From positions 50,406,001 through 50,470,000 of the forward strand of contig OX597820.1 in assembly GCA_951406725.2 (NCBI GenBank): a stretch of 64,000 nucleotides of DNA, read 5' to 3'. The translations under genes and the position numbers were made by a program. The stretch is from Octopus vulgaris (lineage: Eukaryota). Shown here one piece after another: positions 1 through 14,153 of the stretch (position 1 is the first letter of the stretch; every line of letters starts with the position of its first letter). A model generated the notes under the pieces. It was not told the DNA's origin and searched no databases. It saw only the letters and a program-made list of their open reading frames with translations.

Positions 1-17
1 AACTAATTTACATTACC

Positions 18-409
<392 letters not shown>

Positions 410-410
<1 letters not shown>

Positions 411-680
411 GGCAGAGATGAAGGTGGGACAAGGAGGGAAACGAAGAGTAATTTAATGTTGGATCAGGAATGAACCAAGTAGAAGGGGATTCCGAAAACG
501 CATGAAATCAAAATGGAATGAAAAAGGACTCTTCGAAATAAGTGAACAACGGTTAGCCGACCAGGTAAGAGCAATAAGAGCAAAAGGATGGTTAAAAAAA
601 CATGGAAATAGACGAGATAAAAAGGAAAGTAGAAGATAGAAATAATACTTCACCAGCAGATAGCGTGTCACCCAACAACA
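410..680 (+). mobile_element. Dong/R4-like non-LTR retrotransposon, N-terminal ORF fragment
   Basis: Translates to CWIRNEPSRRGFRKRMKSKWNEKGLFEISEQRLADQVRAIRAKGWL, resembling the EQRLADQ.R.I...GWL N-terminus of R4/Dong ORFs. It abuts (TAA)n, and a homologous copy lies at ~36.5 kb. Confidence 0.7.
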
Positions 681-701
681 GTAGTAGTAGTAGTAGTAAT
701 T

Positions 702-732
<31 letters not shown>

Positions 733-820
733 TAATAATATTAGTAGTAGTAGTAGCAGTAGTAGTAGTAGAAGCCACAACAGCAGCTGCAGTAGTAGTA
801 GTAGTATCGTAGTAGTAGTA

Positions 821-917
<97 letters not shown>
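681..917. repeat. (TAG)n/(CAG)n microsatellite
   Basis: Directly visible. Confidence 0.95.
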
Positions 918-918
<1 letters not shown>

Positions 919-2483
919 AAACCTTATAGCTAGGGATCATAAATGAATAAAAAATTGGTGGCAAAATATAGTAACAAGATGAACGCTAGAAAGATAGTGC
1001 TTAAAAGAGGTTGATAGAGGTGCACAGTATAAGTAACGGGAAAAAATATGAATAAAACGAGATAGCAGTAGTAAATAAATTCAAATGAAATATCTCCTAG
1101 TAAATATGAGTGATAAGTCTAAACAAAGTTAGGGAGAGGCCTATAATTCAAATTATTTTGGTAATTAAATATACAGTTACAACTACATTATTAGATCACG
1201 AAAGAATATGGAAGTTATCATATCCCGGTGCACCGATCGATTAATTTCCAAGGGAAAAATGTGAAGAGTTTGTTTTTTAAATTTTAAAATTTTAACAGAA
1301 GTTCAGGTGTCATTTTCAGTATATTAGATATTAACGTAAAATTAAATAATGACACTTCTGGAGGAATCAAAACCACACTCGTTTCTATGAGACGCTCATA
1401 TTCCAAATAAAATAAGGAAACTATATTCGGCAATATTTATAATTTCCTAATATTCAAAATGGAGCAGGATACGAAGTTCTCGGACGTGACCATGTTCTGC
1501 AAAGGAAGAGAATGGCATTTAGTTTTTCCCAGTTTTATCTTCAACTTGTTTGTTTTTTCTCTCAGTATTGAATTCCTAATACAAGGTGACGTAACTCTTA
1601 CCGAGCTATTGATGTTTACATGTGATTGCCATTTCCTCAACTTTGCTTGCTGTAGTTGTTCCAGTAAATAACATTTATGCTCCATTTAGATGCAGGTAAC
1701 GAATAGAGAAGTCAAAGTGAATATAAAATCAGAAAACTGATACACAGGGGAAAATCCATAAGATACATAAGAGGATAATTGGACATTTATAAAACTTAAT
1801 TAATGTGCGATGTAGATCTTTGTGGAGGCGAGGAAAAGGCACATAAAAAATGATGTTAGTAAAACAAGTTTAGATATTCGTATAAGCTTAATTGCTTTCG
1901 AAAAAGCATGAAAGTCAAGTTTTCTACACTCATCATACTTAGTAGTATATCGAATTTGCCTCGTCGTTAGAAATATCTCCTTTTGCAGTTCCGTATCCAC
2001 AGGGGTATTAGAATTCAACAATAAATCACGAGAAAACAATATTTAGAATGCTAAGAATTGATTAACACGGAACACCCTGATATCCATACTTAAGTGTATT
2101 GTACAAAGTGATAATATAGCGATGATTTTTTTTTCATTTTGTTTTTAAGTCAGTTAAAAGATGATAGCTAGTGTTAAAATACTTTGAAGACACTCATGGT
2201 ATTACTCGAAGTTTGCATGACTATGTATCTGAAGAAAAACATAATGGAGATAACAATTCTAATGGCTGCATTTATGGAACGGCCAATTTAGTAAAATAGT
2301 TTGTGCGATATTTAAGAAATTATGTGAATGACAGTGGAATGCCGATATTTCTATCTATGCTAGGTGGAGGGTATATGTAGCTAGCTACTAGAAAGGACCA
2401 ACAACCGTTGAAGTGTGAGGGAATGGAGTAGCTCCATGATTCATTGGTGGGAGAGTAAGGTTGAGTGTACATTGAAGAAACAA

Positions 2484-2515
<32 letters not shown>

Positions 2516-2620
2516 TTCGGTTCTTTTTTCAATTAAAGTATAAATTGATACCGGTTAACATGTCCCGGTGTATGTGTGACGGAATGTGATTATTTAAGTA
2601 TGGTTATGCTTGTTTAACGT

Positions 2621-2880
2621 GGAGGTGCGTGGCTTAGTGGTTAGGGTGTCAGCACCATGATCGTAAGATTGTGGGTTCGATTCCTGGACCGGGCGACGCG
2701 TTAAATTCTTGAGCAAAACATTTCATTTCACGTTGCTCCAGTCCACTCAGCTGGCAAAATTGAGTAACGCTGCGATGGATTGGCGTCCCGTCCAGCTGGG
2801 GAACAAATACGCCATAGAAACCGGGAAACCGGGCCCATGTGCCTGGCTAGGCTTTAAAAAGGGCGCATTTATTATTTTTT
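2621..2880 (+). mobile_element. tRNA-derived SINE (family C)
   Basis: Pol III A box TGGCTTAGTGG (~2630-2640) and B box GGTTCGATTCC (~2674-2684). Followed by a CORE-like body (cttgagcaaaacatttcatttcacgttgctccagtccactcagctg) shared with the copy at 20.6 kb. Confidence 0.85.
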
Positions 2881-3775
2881 TTATGGGTGTTTAACAGTTT
2901 GAAGGCAATACAAATCATTAAATCCTGTACATTTTGTAAGCAATTTTACGCTTAAAATTGTTGCGTTAGAGTAGTTCAAGATTAATATATCTTCATATTG
3001 TTACCACAGAAAAATTTTGCGACAATTCCTTAGATTACCATTTACATAACAGGTAATTCTCATTGCGCTGCAGCATTGCCATATAACCGCGATCGCGCTT
3101 TCCGTGCTAATATATGTTCAGAATGTCTGTATATTGAAGAATGAAAGGGGGCATGTTTAGCTACAAATTCACGACATAGTGAACAAGCACGTTTTCCTAA
3201 AGCTTCCAGTCTGCCAAAAGACTTGCATGAGAAACTAGATGAATGGAAACTGTTTAGAATCTCGTTGGTTAAATCATATTTGTACTTGTGTGGCTAAGTT
3301 AATTTCTTGTATATTTATACTTCATTAATTAAAAGCATTCACAAGACTTTAGTGACCGTTATGAAAAGACTTGAATCGAAGTATTATCCCACATTCCTCA
3401 CCGAGGACAAGTAAAATGCCATAGGAGCTGATGTGTTTCCTGATATTAGACCAAGAACAAAAAATGCGACAATAATTTCAATAAATTCGTCGAAAACGTT
3501 TTAAATATAGTGAAGTCGCATAAGGGAATAGCAGTCATTTGCAAATAAGAAGAAGCAAGTTTTTTGAACCAAACAAGATAACACACATATATGGGACATA
3601 AAACTTGCATGCAGCACAACAAGCAAAGAGACAGCGACACAGCCATTTGCAAAATCATGATTGATTTTACACCAAACACTAAAAATCTAACATCTGAAAA
3701 GATCACACGACATGAAATATTAGTTATATGTGCCGTAGATTTGTTGCTTCTGATTTGTATGATTAATGGCATGCA

Positions 3776-5270
<1,495 letters not shown>

Positions 5271-6053
5271 CGCATTTGTGTGCGCTTGAGTTCCTATGAA
5301 TATATTACGGATACATATGTGTAGACTTAGTTTAAAAGGGAAAGAAATTAGACTCGGTATGTAAAACAGTGTATATCCAATTTTCTAATGATCTGTGAAT
5401 TTTACAGTAGTTAGTCAGGTGCCTAGAACTTCATTCTAAGGGTCTTTCTAAACGTATAAGTTCCATGGTAAGTAATCTAAGGCGCATGTTACCAATATTC
5501 ATCTAATATGGTTTTAAATTTCACTATCGTAGTATTTCATTCAATTATATTTTATGCCTGTTAAACTATATATTATGTGACTGTGTATGTCTGAAACACG
5601 CATTCTTTGCATCATAATCAGCTAAAATAAATTGTGACACAAGACGTTGCACAGTCTGTGTGAATCCTCCGAACAGACTGAGCGACCGATTTCTACAGAT
5701 TTCCGTCAAAATAACTATGCAAAGAAAGCTTTGATCGAGAGCAGTTCAGGTAAAACAGACTTACTTTAATGGTTAATTAGTAAAGCAGATATATCATCCA
5801 TGTAAATTAAACAATACAACCTTTAATTGTTTCACCATTTATGTGTCACATGCACATATATAGTATCATTTCTGACGATACATAAATATATAGATACAAT
5901 CATATACATAGAACCACAGTCATATATGTATGTTTGTATGTAGAGGGATATATCAATCAATGCAATTCCTGTTATCAATTGTGGATCACGATTGTCACTA
6001 CTTCTATATAAACCTGTGTAACGCATGAAAGTACCAGTTATATGAGAATAAAT

Positions 6054-6441
6054 CTCTTTTACTCTCTTTTACTTGTTTCAGTCATTTGACTGCGGCCACG
6101 CTGGAGCCCCGCCTTTAATCGAGCAACTCGACCCCGGGACTTATTCCCTTTGTAAGCCCAGTACTTATTCTATCGGTATTTTTTGCCGAACCGCTAAGTA
6201 ACGGGGACATAAACACACCAGCATCGGTTGTCAAGCAATGCTAGGGGGATAAACACACACACGCATATATATATATACATATATACGACGGGCTTCTTTT
6301 CAGTTTCCGTCTACCAAATCCACTCACAAGGCTTTGGTCTGCCCGAGGCTATAGTAGCAGACACTTGCCATGCAGAGGGACTGAACCCGGAACCATGTGG
6401 CTGGTAAACAAGCTACTTACCACACAGCCACTCCTGCGCCT
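6054..6441 (-). mobile_element. tRNA-derived SINE (family A), near full length, with internal (TA)/(TG) microsatellite
   Basis: Reverse complement of the copies at 29895 and 47899. Head aggcgcaggagtggctgtgtggtaag...ggttccgggttcagtccc; tail ...ggccgcagtcaaatgactgaaacaagtaaaagag. Confidence 0.9.
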
Positions 6442-6577
6442 ATAATATATATTATTGGAAAATTGTAAAAATTTTATATAATAAAACGTGAAAAGGAGAT
6501 TATGGTGGAATTTCATTAATTAATACACACACACATACAAACACACAAACACAAACACACACACCCATCCACACATA

Positions 6578-6930
6578 TGGCACTCCGTCGGTTACGACGA
6601 CGAGGGTTCCAGTTGATCCGATCAGCGGACCAGCCTGCTCGTGAAATTAACATGTAAGTGACTGAACTCTCCACAGACACGTGTACCCTTAACGTAGTTC
6701 TCGGGGAGATTCCACGTGTGATATACGGCCTTTGATATACGGGTGCAAGAGAAACAGGGAGAAAGAGTAAAATTGTGGTGAAAGAGTACAGCAGTGTTCG
6801 CCTCCGCCTCCGCCTCCTCGCGGAGCTTTAGGTATTTTCACTCAATAAATACAACGCCCGGTCTGGGAATTGAAACTGTGATTCTACGGCAGTTTGTTCA
6901 CTGCCCTAACCAGATGGCCATTGCGCCTCC
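6578..6930 (-). mobile_element. tRNA-derived SINE (family E)
   Basis: Minus strand starts ggaggcgcaatggccatctggttagggc (A-box-like), then gtttcaattcccagaccggg (B-box-like), and ends ...cgtaaccgacggagtgcca. The head resembles the family C head. Confidence 0.7.
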
Positions 6931-6932
6931 AT

Positions 6933-7089
<157 letters not shown>

Positions 7090-7904
7090 TCATGTATAAA
7101 TATACATTTATTTTACTGGAAAGTACCTTCTTTTTGTAGCGTACCTAATGTCGATAATGCGAAATGATAATTGACATTTAAAGCTGGAGTAGAATTAAAT
7201 ACATCGGGAAAGAATATGCATATATGCATATATGCCTTAAAAGTAGCATTATATACCATTGTATAGATATGACCTGTAATACATATTATATATATATATA
7301 TATATATATCACCTCGCCAAGAACTCCTAAAACGTTTACTGCCAAAATCTCTTTCCTTCACTTCACATTCAAAGTTATCATAACGATATTCAGCAACTGT
7401 ATCGATTTATGAAAGCAACATAAGTGGCGACGTCCAAAGAAAGGAACTATCTCTCATGTGACTGGATAAAGCAAACCTGATTTTCTCTGTAAGATTCTTC
7501 AACCAGAAATTTGAGACGGCTATAATATGAAATTAGAGGATCTAGAAATAACTTTTGAAATACAGAGCTACGCAGAGTCCATGAAAACTAGCCATGAGAC
7601 TCGCAAAAAAGGCTGCTGAAATAAAAAAAAATGATCTGTTGCTTAATAGATACAAGTTCGAAAAGATAACTTCTTGGATACAGTCAAATCGTTTTATACA
7701 CTGAGATGAAAACCCTTCAATGTCTTGGTATAATGGAACTGAGTAGTCAGCAACCTAAATACTTTACCTTACTGTAACTAAGTTTGAAATGTGTATTATA
7801 TTTTCGGATACGATGCCCGAAATGAGTTTTTCAACGTAAAAAAAAATCTTACGGCAAATCGATATATGTAGTGAACCGAAGAATTTAATTTGCTGGTGTT
7901 AATA

Positions 7905-7969
<65 letters not shown>

Positions 7970-9311
7970 GAATAGATCTCCCACTCCTGGGGTTTGAGCA
8001 AAAGGTGATAAATTTAATAAATTCGGAAGTTTTGGAAAGTCAGGTTAGATTGTAGATTGTAGTAGCACATATTTTCAAAACCAAATAATGAAAGTAGAGA
8101 CCATATGTCATTCTTCTTCGAATAATATTTCACAGCAAGTTACAGACTATTTTATGGGAAGAAATAGCAAGAATATATAAAAATTCAGGGCATGTAATCA
8201 CGTTGATTATAAATATTCAAAATATGTCTGAAGGTTATTCCCACAGGAAGACGTTTTATATATCTATGATCGTATTTTAAGTCTTTCATATGTAATATGT
8301 GTGTAAAAACCTTTGACTGACAGAGATCATTCACAGAGTCAGCGTATATACAAATCGAGAATATATAATTAGACCAAAGATAGTCTTATTACTTTTTACG
8401 TCATGATACGTGTGCACTCTGCGTTGAAATGCCAGCAGAGTCAATTTACTCGTTCTTATCATGGCGTCGATGTAATGTTTTGTGTATATACTGGAATGGA
8501 TTCAATTGAAAGCCTTCGACAAACAAAACCTTTATGGCATTATGTTAATATTAAAATTCAATATTTTATTGTGATTGTGATATCTTAGACAGTTTGAGTT
8601 TCCTTTCTGTGTCAAGGAACAAAACTGTTGAACTGTTTCTTCCATCAGTTGGCTTATATACATGCACACACATTTATAAATATATGCATGCATGCATACA
8701 TACATTCATCCATCCTTCCATACATACATACATGCATGCATACATACGTACATACATACATGCATGCATACATACATATATACATACATACATGCATGCT
8801 TACATATATGCATGCATACAAAAACGCATATTACACAAAGCGTTTCTTAATGATGTTATCACTTCATAATATGAGGCATAGTACCACATCGAATCATAAG
8901 TTATATAATCCTGATTTTGCATTGTACGGTAACGCCTTCGGCGTCACCGCCCGAGTTATACTGCACTGCAGATTTTTCTGCATTGTCACAGCAGATGTTC
9001 CTAAATGATTTCATGTTCTTTCTCCTGAGACTCTTGAAATGATCGCTGGTTGCACCTTTATAAGCATATACATTTTTTCACTCGTTCTGACAATAAATTT
9101 GTATTTAATGTTTCTACGCAAATACCTGTTTGCTTTCCTATCTCTACAATTTCGGTTTTACTTATACTATTTCCAAATAAGTTACTATTTGTCGCATTCT
9201 TATTTTATATTTTCTTTATGGCACTGTCGTTGTTATAATTGCGATTGATCTATATTTTATACTTGAATATTCATCGTCTAAAATGTTCAGTCTTTCCTTT
9301 CTCTCTATCTT

Positions 9312-9365
<54 letters not shown>

Positions 9366-9622
9366 CATATATACACATATATGTATATATATACACACAC
9401 ACACACACATACACACACACACACATATATATATATACATACATACATAATAAGTGATGGACAATGTGTCAATACATTACACCTGTGTCTACCGATTTTT
9501 TTATTGCTTGACAAACGTATTACATTATTAGAAAACACCCGTTTACATCAGGTAAACATGACCCACAAGACTTAGAAACAGTCTTGCTGCTGATATTTTA
9601 ATGTTTCTAAATGTGGTTCGTG

Positions 9623-9709
9623 AATTTACCTGATGAAAACTGTATTTTCTAATCATGTAATATCTCCATTAATTAATTAAAGATTCGTTGGAAACAGCTG
9701 TAGTGAATT
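9623..9709 (+). ncRNA. Type I minimal hammerhead ribozyme motif (partly degenerate stem II)
   Basis: Stem I aatttac/gtgaatt (7 bp, one G-U); core CTGATGA 9630-9636; GAAAC 9691-9695; palindromic stem III ACAGCTGT; GTA cleavage triplet 9700-9702. Confidence 0.6.
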
Positions 9710-12006
9710 GACATATTATCTATCTACTGTGATTTATTTAATTATAATTCACCTCTCTCGGAACCTGTTCCTCGCGTGATCCTGAGTATATTATGGATCA
9801 TGATGAAGCGAAGAAGGACAAGAAGCGGTAAGAGAGTCAGCTGAGTAAGATGGACGAGGTGAGCGATCAGGGTATTGAGACAAGTAGAAAAGTGGAGAGC
9901 TGGGTGATGAGCGGGGTGGGAGGGGTTTTATTTGAAAGGTGGTCGTTGTTTCGGCATTTGAGAACGGAGGTTAAAATTTGGAATGGTGGGGCTATAGAGG
10001 TAAATGTAATTAAGATAGTGAGAAAAGGGTAGGGTAAGTATTAAAGAGAAGAAAAGTTCCAGTTGTGGATGCTAGTAGGGTGGTGAAGGGGAATTTCGAA
10101 GAATGAAGGTGGTTTAACGGCGGAGGTAGGATACAAATGCATTTTGAAATAGAGTAAATAGAGGTAGGTGAATAGAGAGGGAGAAAAAGAGGAATAGGTT
10201 GGCAGCGAAGAATGAAAGTTGGTTCGCGGTGGAGGAAGAGTACAGAGGTATGTAAAAATGCATTACTGTGAAAAGAGGGAGGTGGACAGAGACAGAGAGA
10301 GAGGGGAGAGAAACGGGAAGGAGAGCAAAATGGATAGGTAAGTAATGATAAGTGGTTTTGGTTCAAGAGGAGCTAGAAGATGGGGAAGATGTAGAAGGTA
10401 AGGAGATGGTGTGGCTGTAAAGAGCAGTGGACTATGCTTGGAAAGAGGGAGACCATTCCTGGTTCAATTGAAGTTTCTTGACTTGCTCTTAGATGAACAA
10501 AGAAGACTTTATTGAAGTTGAACTGGCATTTGTTTACAAGTGCATTATTGAAAATATCTGGATCTCTACACATATGTTATTGAAAATATTTTGTGGCATT
10601 GGCAGGCTGTCATTGAAAGTAATGTAAAATAATATAACTGATTAAATGTATTATTTCAATTATTGTTTTGTTTTTATCCGTTCTTACTGATGGAGTGAAT
10701 TGTCAGTGACAATATAGAAAAACGAGAACAAAAAAAAGAATATAAAAAAAGAGAAAATAGAGTAAAAGTGGTGAAAATATGTGTGTACGTAATACACACA
10801 CATATATATTTACTTATACTTGTACATATGTTTATATATATGAATATAAATATGTGTGTGTGTGTGTGTGTGTACAGAGAGAATGAGTGAAAAAGATACG
10901 GGCATAAAAATTGACAGAGACAGAAATAGGAAGCAAAAAACAAATATACAAATAAATATAAATGAACATAGAGTAAAAAAAATGTTCTCTGTCGTAAGCA
11001 GAATTCTTAGTTTTATAGAAAATTGTTTAAAGCAAATGAACTTAAAAAAATAATTTGAGGTCAATAATTAAGAGAATTCGTGCTAATTTATTTTTATGCT
11101 GGTGTTCAGGAGTTACAGATATATTTTAAAGCCATCATTTTCATCAAGATGATGTAGTATTCTATTTTGTAAGATGTTTATTTCTTTTCGAACAATACAT
11201 AGCAAAACACTAACCCACGCATTTGAGGCATTGTTCTCAGAAATATTTCCAGGATGTTCTAAACACAAGGAAACACAGCCCATCATTCACCTGAGATCAT
11301 TTGCTTTTTAATGACGTACATTTCACAGGCTAACTGAAGTTAATCTGACTCTCATTCTCAAGTGATATTTCCAAATAGGAAAGTAACATGTCTATTTGCA
11401 CTAACCTCGTTTACATTCGGCTTAGCATGTTTGTAGGCCATATAGTTTACTGAATAGTTGACTAGTTTACTGGATATACGGACGCATACAGAACTAGAAA
11501 TATTTCACTGCCACCCCACAAAATAGAGAACAGATACAATAATTTATTTCTATGTCTTTCGAATATATTTTCGAAAGTACAATAGAATTTAGAACCGCTA
11601 TCTTTAATTCCTGTATCAAAATTTTAGATACTTCTTCCCCTGGAGAAGCCATCCACATATTATTCTCTGTTGTTTTATAAAATATATTCTTGTCGAAATC
11701 GAGAGCGAATCGCTGAAGGTCCTCCAGTTGCATACGGAAAACGGTATGAAGGTGGGATTTCAAAAGTGGCAGAAACACCGGTACCCGTATATTACTGCAC
11801 AAGGTAACTCTTTCGGAGGGGATAATGTCAAGACTTAGGTAAATGAGTTATCTTAATTAAACATAACTAGTCCAGGGACTTTCTGATAGCAACACAATTA
11901 TATTTACAGGGTAGCCAAAAGTATTGAAAAGGGCAACCCAATTTCTCCCAAACAAGACTGTAGTATATATATATATGTATGCATATGTATATATATATAT
12001 ATATAT

Positions 12007-12427
12007 AAGTAAGGAAAAATTTTTTTAAAAAATGCAGAATGCTCAAATGAAAGAAAATTTTAATAAAATGAGAAATTGATAAAATATATAAATATATATT
12101 TATTCAACCGGTTTTCGTCATTGTATGACTTGTCAAGAATATTTATGTTTTAAGAAGTTTTTTTAAAAATTAGAAAGGGGAAAAAAAGAAAATTGCATTG
12201 TTTTTTGTAAAAGAATAATGATAAAAATGTACAAAAATTAAAAAAATAAGTTCTCCGATACATTGTGAGTTCGTTGTGTATCTTGAGTTTTATGGTTGTT
12301 TACGAAAAAATTACCTTGAGGTGTTAAGATCCAAAGGGATTAAGAGCATGTGTTGTGTTGTGTTGTTAAATTCAGCATGTTTGCAGGACAGGAAGTAGTA
12401 GTAATTGTGGTCCTGGTTCTCCAGTTC

Positions 12428-12430
<3 letters not shown>
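12007..12430 (-). mobile_element. Putative Penelope-like 3' fragment between (TA)n tracts, with a variant hammerhead
   Basis: Bounded by (TA)n on both sides. Minus-strand ORF ends LLIPLDLNTSR*, loosely like the L..P.GLN end of PLE GIY-YIG domains. Hammerhead-like motif lies downstream at 12141-12101. Confidence 0.45.
12101..12141 (-). ncRNA. Hammerhead-like motif with U3-A8 core variant
   Basis: Minus strand reads TATTC-TTGACAA-GTCAT(ACA)ATGAC-GAAAA-CCGG-TT-GAATA: 5-bp stem I, perfect 5-bp stem II, palindromic stem III, one extra A in the GAAA run. Confidence 0.5.
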
Positions 12431-12468
<38 letters not shown>

Positions 12469-12970
12469 TATACACATAAATATTTATGTGTGTGTGTGTG
12501 TGTGTGCATGAATGAATGGATACATCTGTATAATTGGATATACGCATATATATGAGATTATATATATATATAAATATATATTTATATTTATATTTATATA
12601 TGTATATTAAAGGTAAATTGTAGTAGTCTATAGAAAATATGCCGTGGTGTGGTGGAATACTTAGGGTGCTGAAAAGATACTTTGAGGTACTTATGTTATT
12701 TTCATATTCTTATTTCAGATCCTACGACATGAAGTTTTATTTATATCTTGCCAGGTTCGGCAAAGTAACAACCTTAGTTTAAGAGTTGATGGTTGGATAT
12801 CTTGGAGCTTTCAGAAAAATTTCTTTCGAGGTATGTTTGACACAAGTGCCAAACGCAAATGGGCCGTAGTTTGTCACTAATTCTACTTCGCTGTTGACGT
12901 AGTTTGAACTTGCTTCTTATGCTTCTCAGTCAATTTAAGAAGAGCCTTAACTACACCGGTATATGTATGC

Positions 12971-13008
<38 letters not shown>

Positions 13009-13014
<6 letters not shown>

Positions 13015-13572
13015 ACAATTGAGGGTAAAATTAATTAATTAATCAATTTCACCAAGTGTTCAACTTGGTGAAATTGATTAATTAATTAATTTTACCCTCA
13101 ATTGTTGATATTATAATTCATTTCTCTCGGTCATACTGCCTCGGTTCTCGCGGTTAAAATATAATGTTTGCTAGATAGACCACGTGGGTGGAAGGGGATT
13201 GAAGAAATTTACGCCTGCGCATTTTGAATTTGTTGACACTGTTAGTTGGAGTGGTTCATCTGAAGCGATAAGTTCGCTGATAGGTAAAGTTCCTTCTTTT
13301 TAGTGTTTGGAAATCCAAATTAAGAAATTTTGAGCTGACGATAGAAATGCTGATTTTATTTGGCTAATCTTGAAACGTTGACGTACTCAAACGATCTATG
13401 TACTTGTGATATTTTTCTGTATTTACCTCCAAACCTTCGTGGGCTGTCTGGAGTAAGCATTATCTGAGAGAAATTTTCTTTAAGTAGTAGAAATGCTAAT
13501 AACATTTTTTTTGGCTGCTATTTCTACTAAGTTCAGTATGTGGCAAAGTAATTTATTTTACTAAGCCCTAAT
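13009..13572 (+). mobile_element. Non-autonomous Penelope/retrozyme-like element in (TA)n, with 5' inversion and hammerhead
   Basis: Perfect 49-bp hairpin arms 13009-13057/13063-13111. Hammerhead at 13329-13391. The 3' end (ttggctgctatttcta...ttactaagccct) is shared with the element at 18057-18475. Confidence 0.7.
13329..13391 (+). ncRNA. Type I minimal hammerhead ribozyme motif
   Basis: Stem I tttgag/ctcaaa; core CTGACGA 13335-13341; weak stem II aga/tct; GAAAC 13372-13376; stem III ACGT-TG-ACGT; GTA triplet 13383-13385. Confidence 0.65.
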
Positions 13573-13616
<44 letters not shown>

Positions 13617-14113
13617 ATATATATATAAACATACATATATATATTTTTTAATATATATGTATCTATATAAACACACATACATGCATGGATAAATACATAC
13701 AGGTACATTTACACGCACACCATACTTACATATAACACCTTTCTTTCAAAACATGATTGTAATAAATGACGTAATATCAATAATATAATAGCATTCGATA
13801 AAGAACTTGAAACGTATGTAAATTCTAAACAGAATTTTAATTTGTTTGTTATAGTTATAACAATGATGTAGGGATTTAAATCGACTATTAAAAGATCAGT
13901 TAATAATCATTGTTGGAGAAAACAATAATGTTGATTAATTTTAGTAATATTCACTCAAGTTTTGTTAACATCAAAATTGTCTCAAATCGATTATCACCTC
14001 CAAATATAAATTCATTTTTAATTCTACTGTTAATTCAATTAACGCCCATCAATCAGAATATTTATTTCTTCACTAACTCCTCCTCCTCCTCCTCCTCCTC
14101 CTCCTACTACTAC

Positions 14114-14153
<40 letters not shown>

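Noticed and set aside
1437-1685. Minus-strand ORF with a possible ~100-nt GT-AG intron
   Set aside because: Splice-like signals exist, but no frame gives a recognisable protein.
2621-2700. tRNA gene
   Set aside because: A/B boxes are present but run into a SINE body without a proper acceptor stem or terminator, so this is a SINE head.
11494-11802. 102-aa ORF with a faint Tc1-like flavour
   Set aside because: No catalytic motifs or TIRs could be identified.
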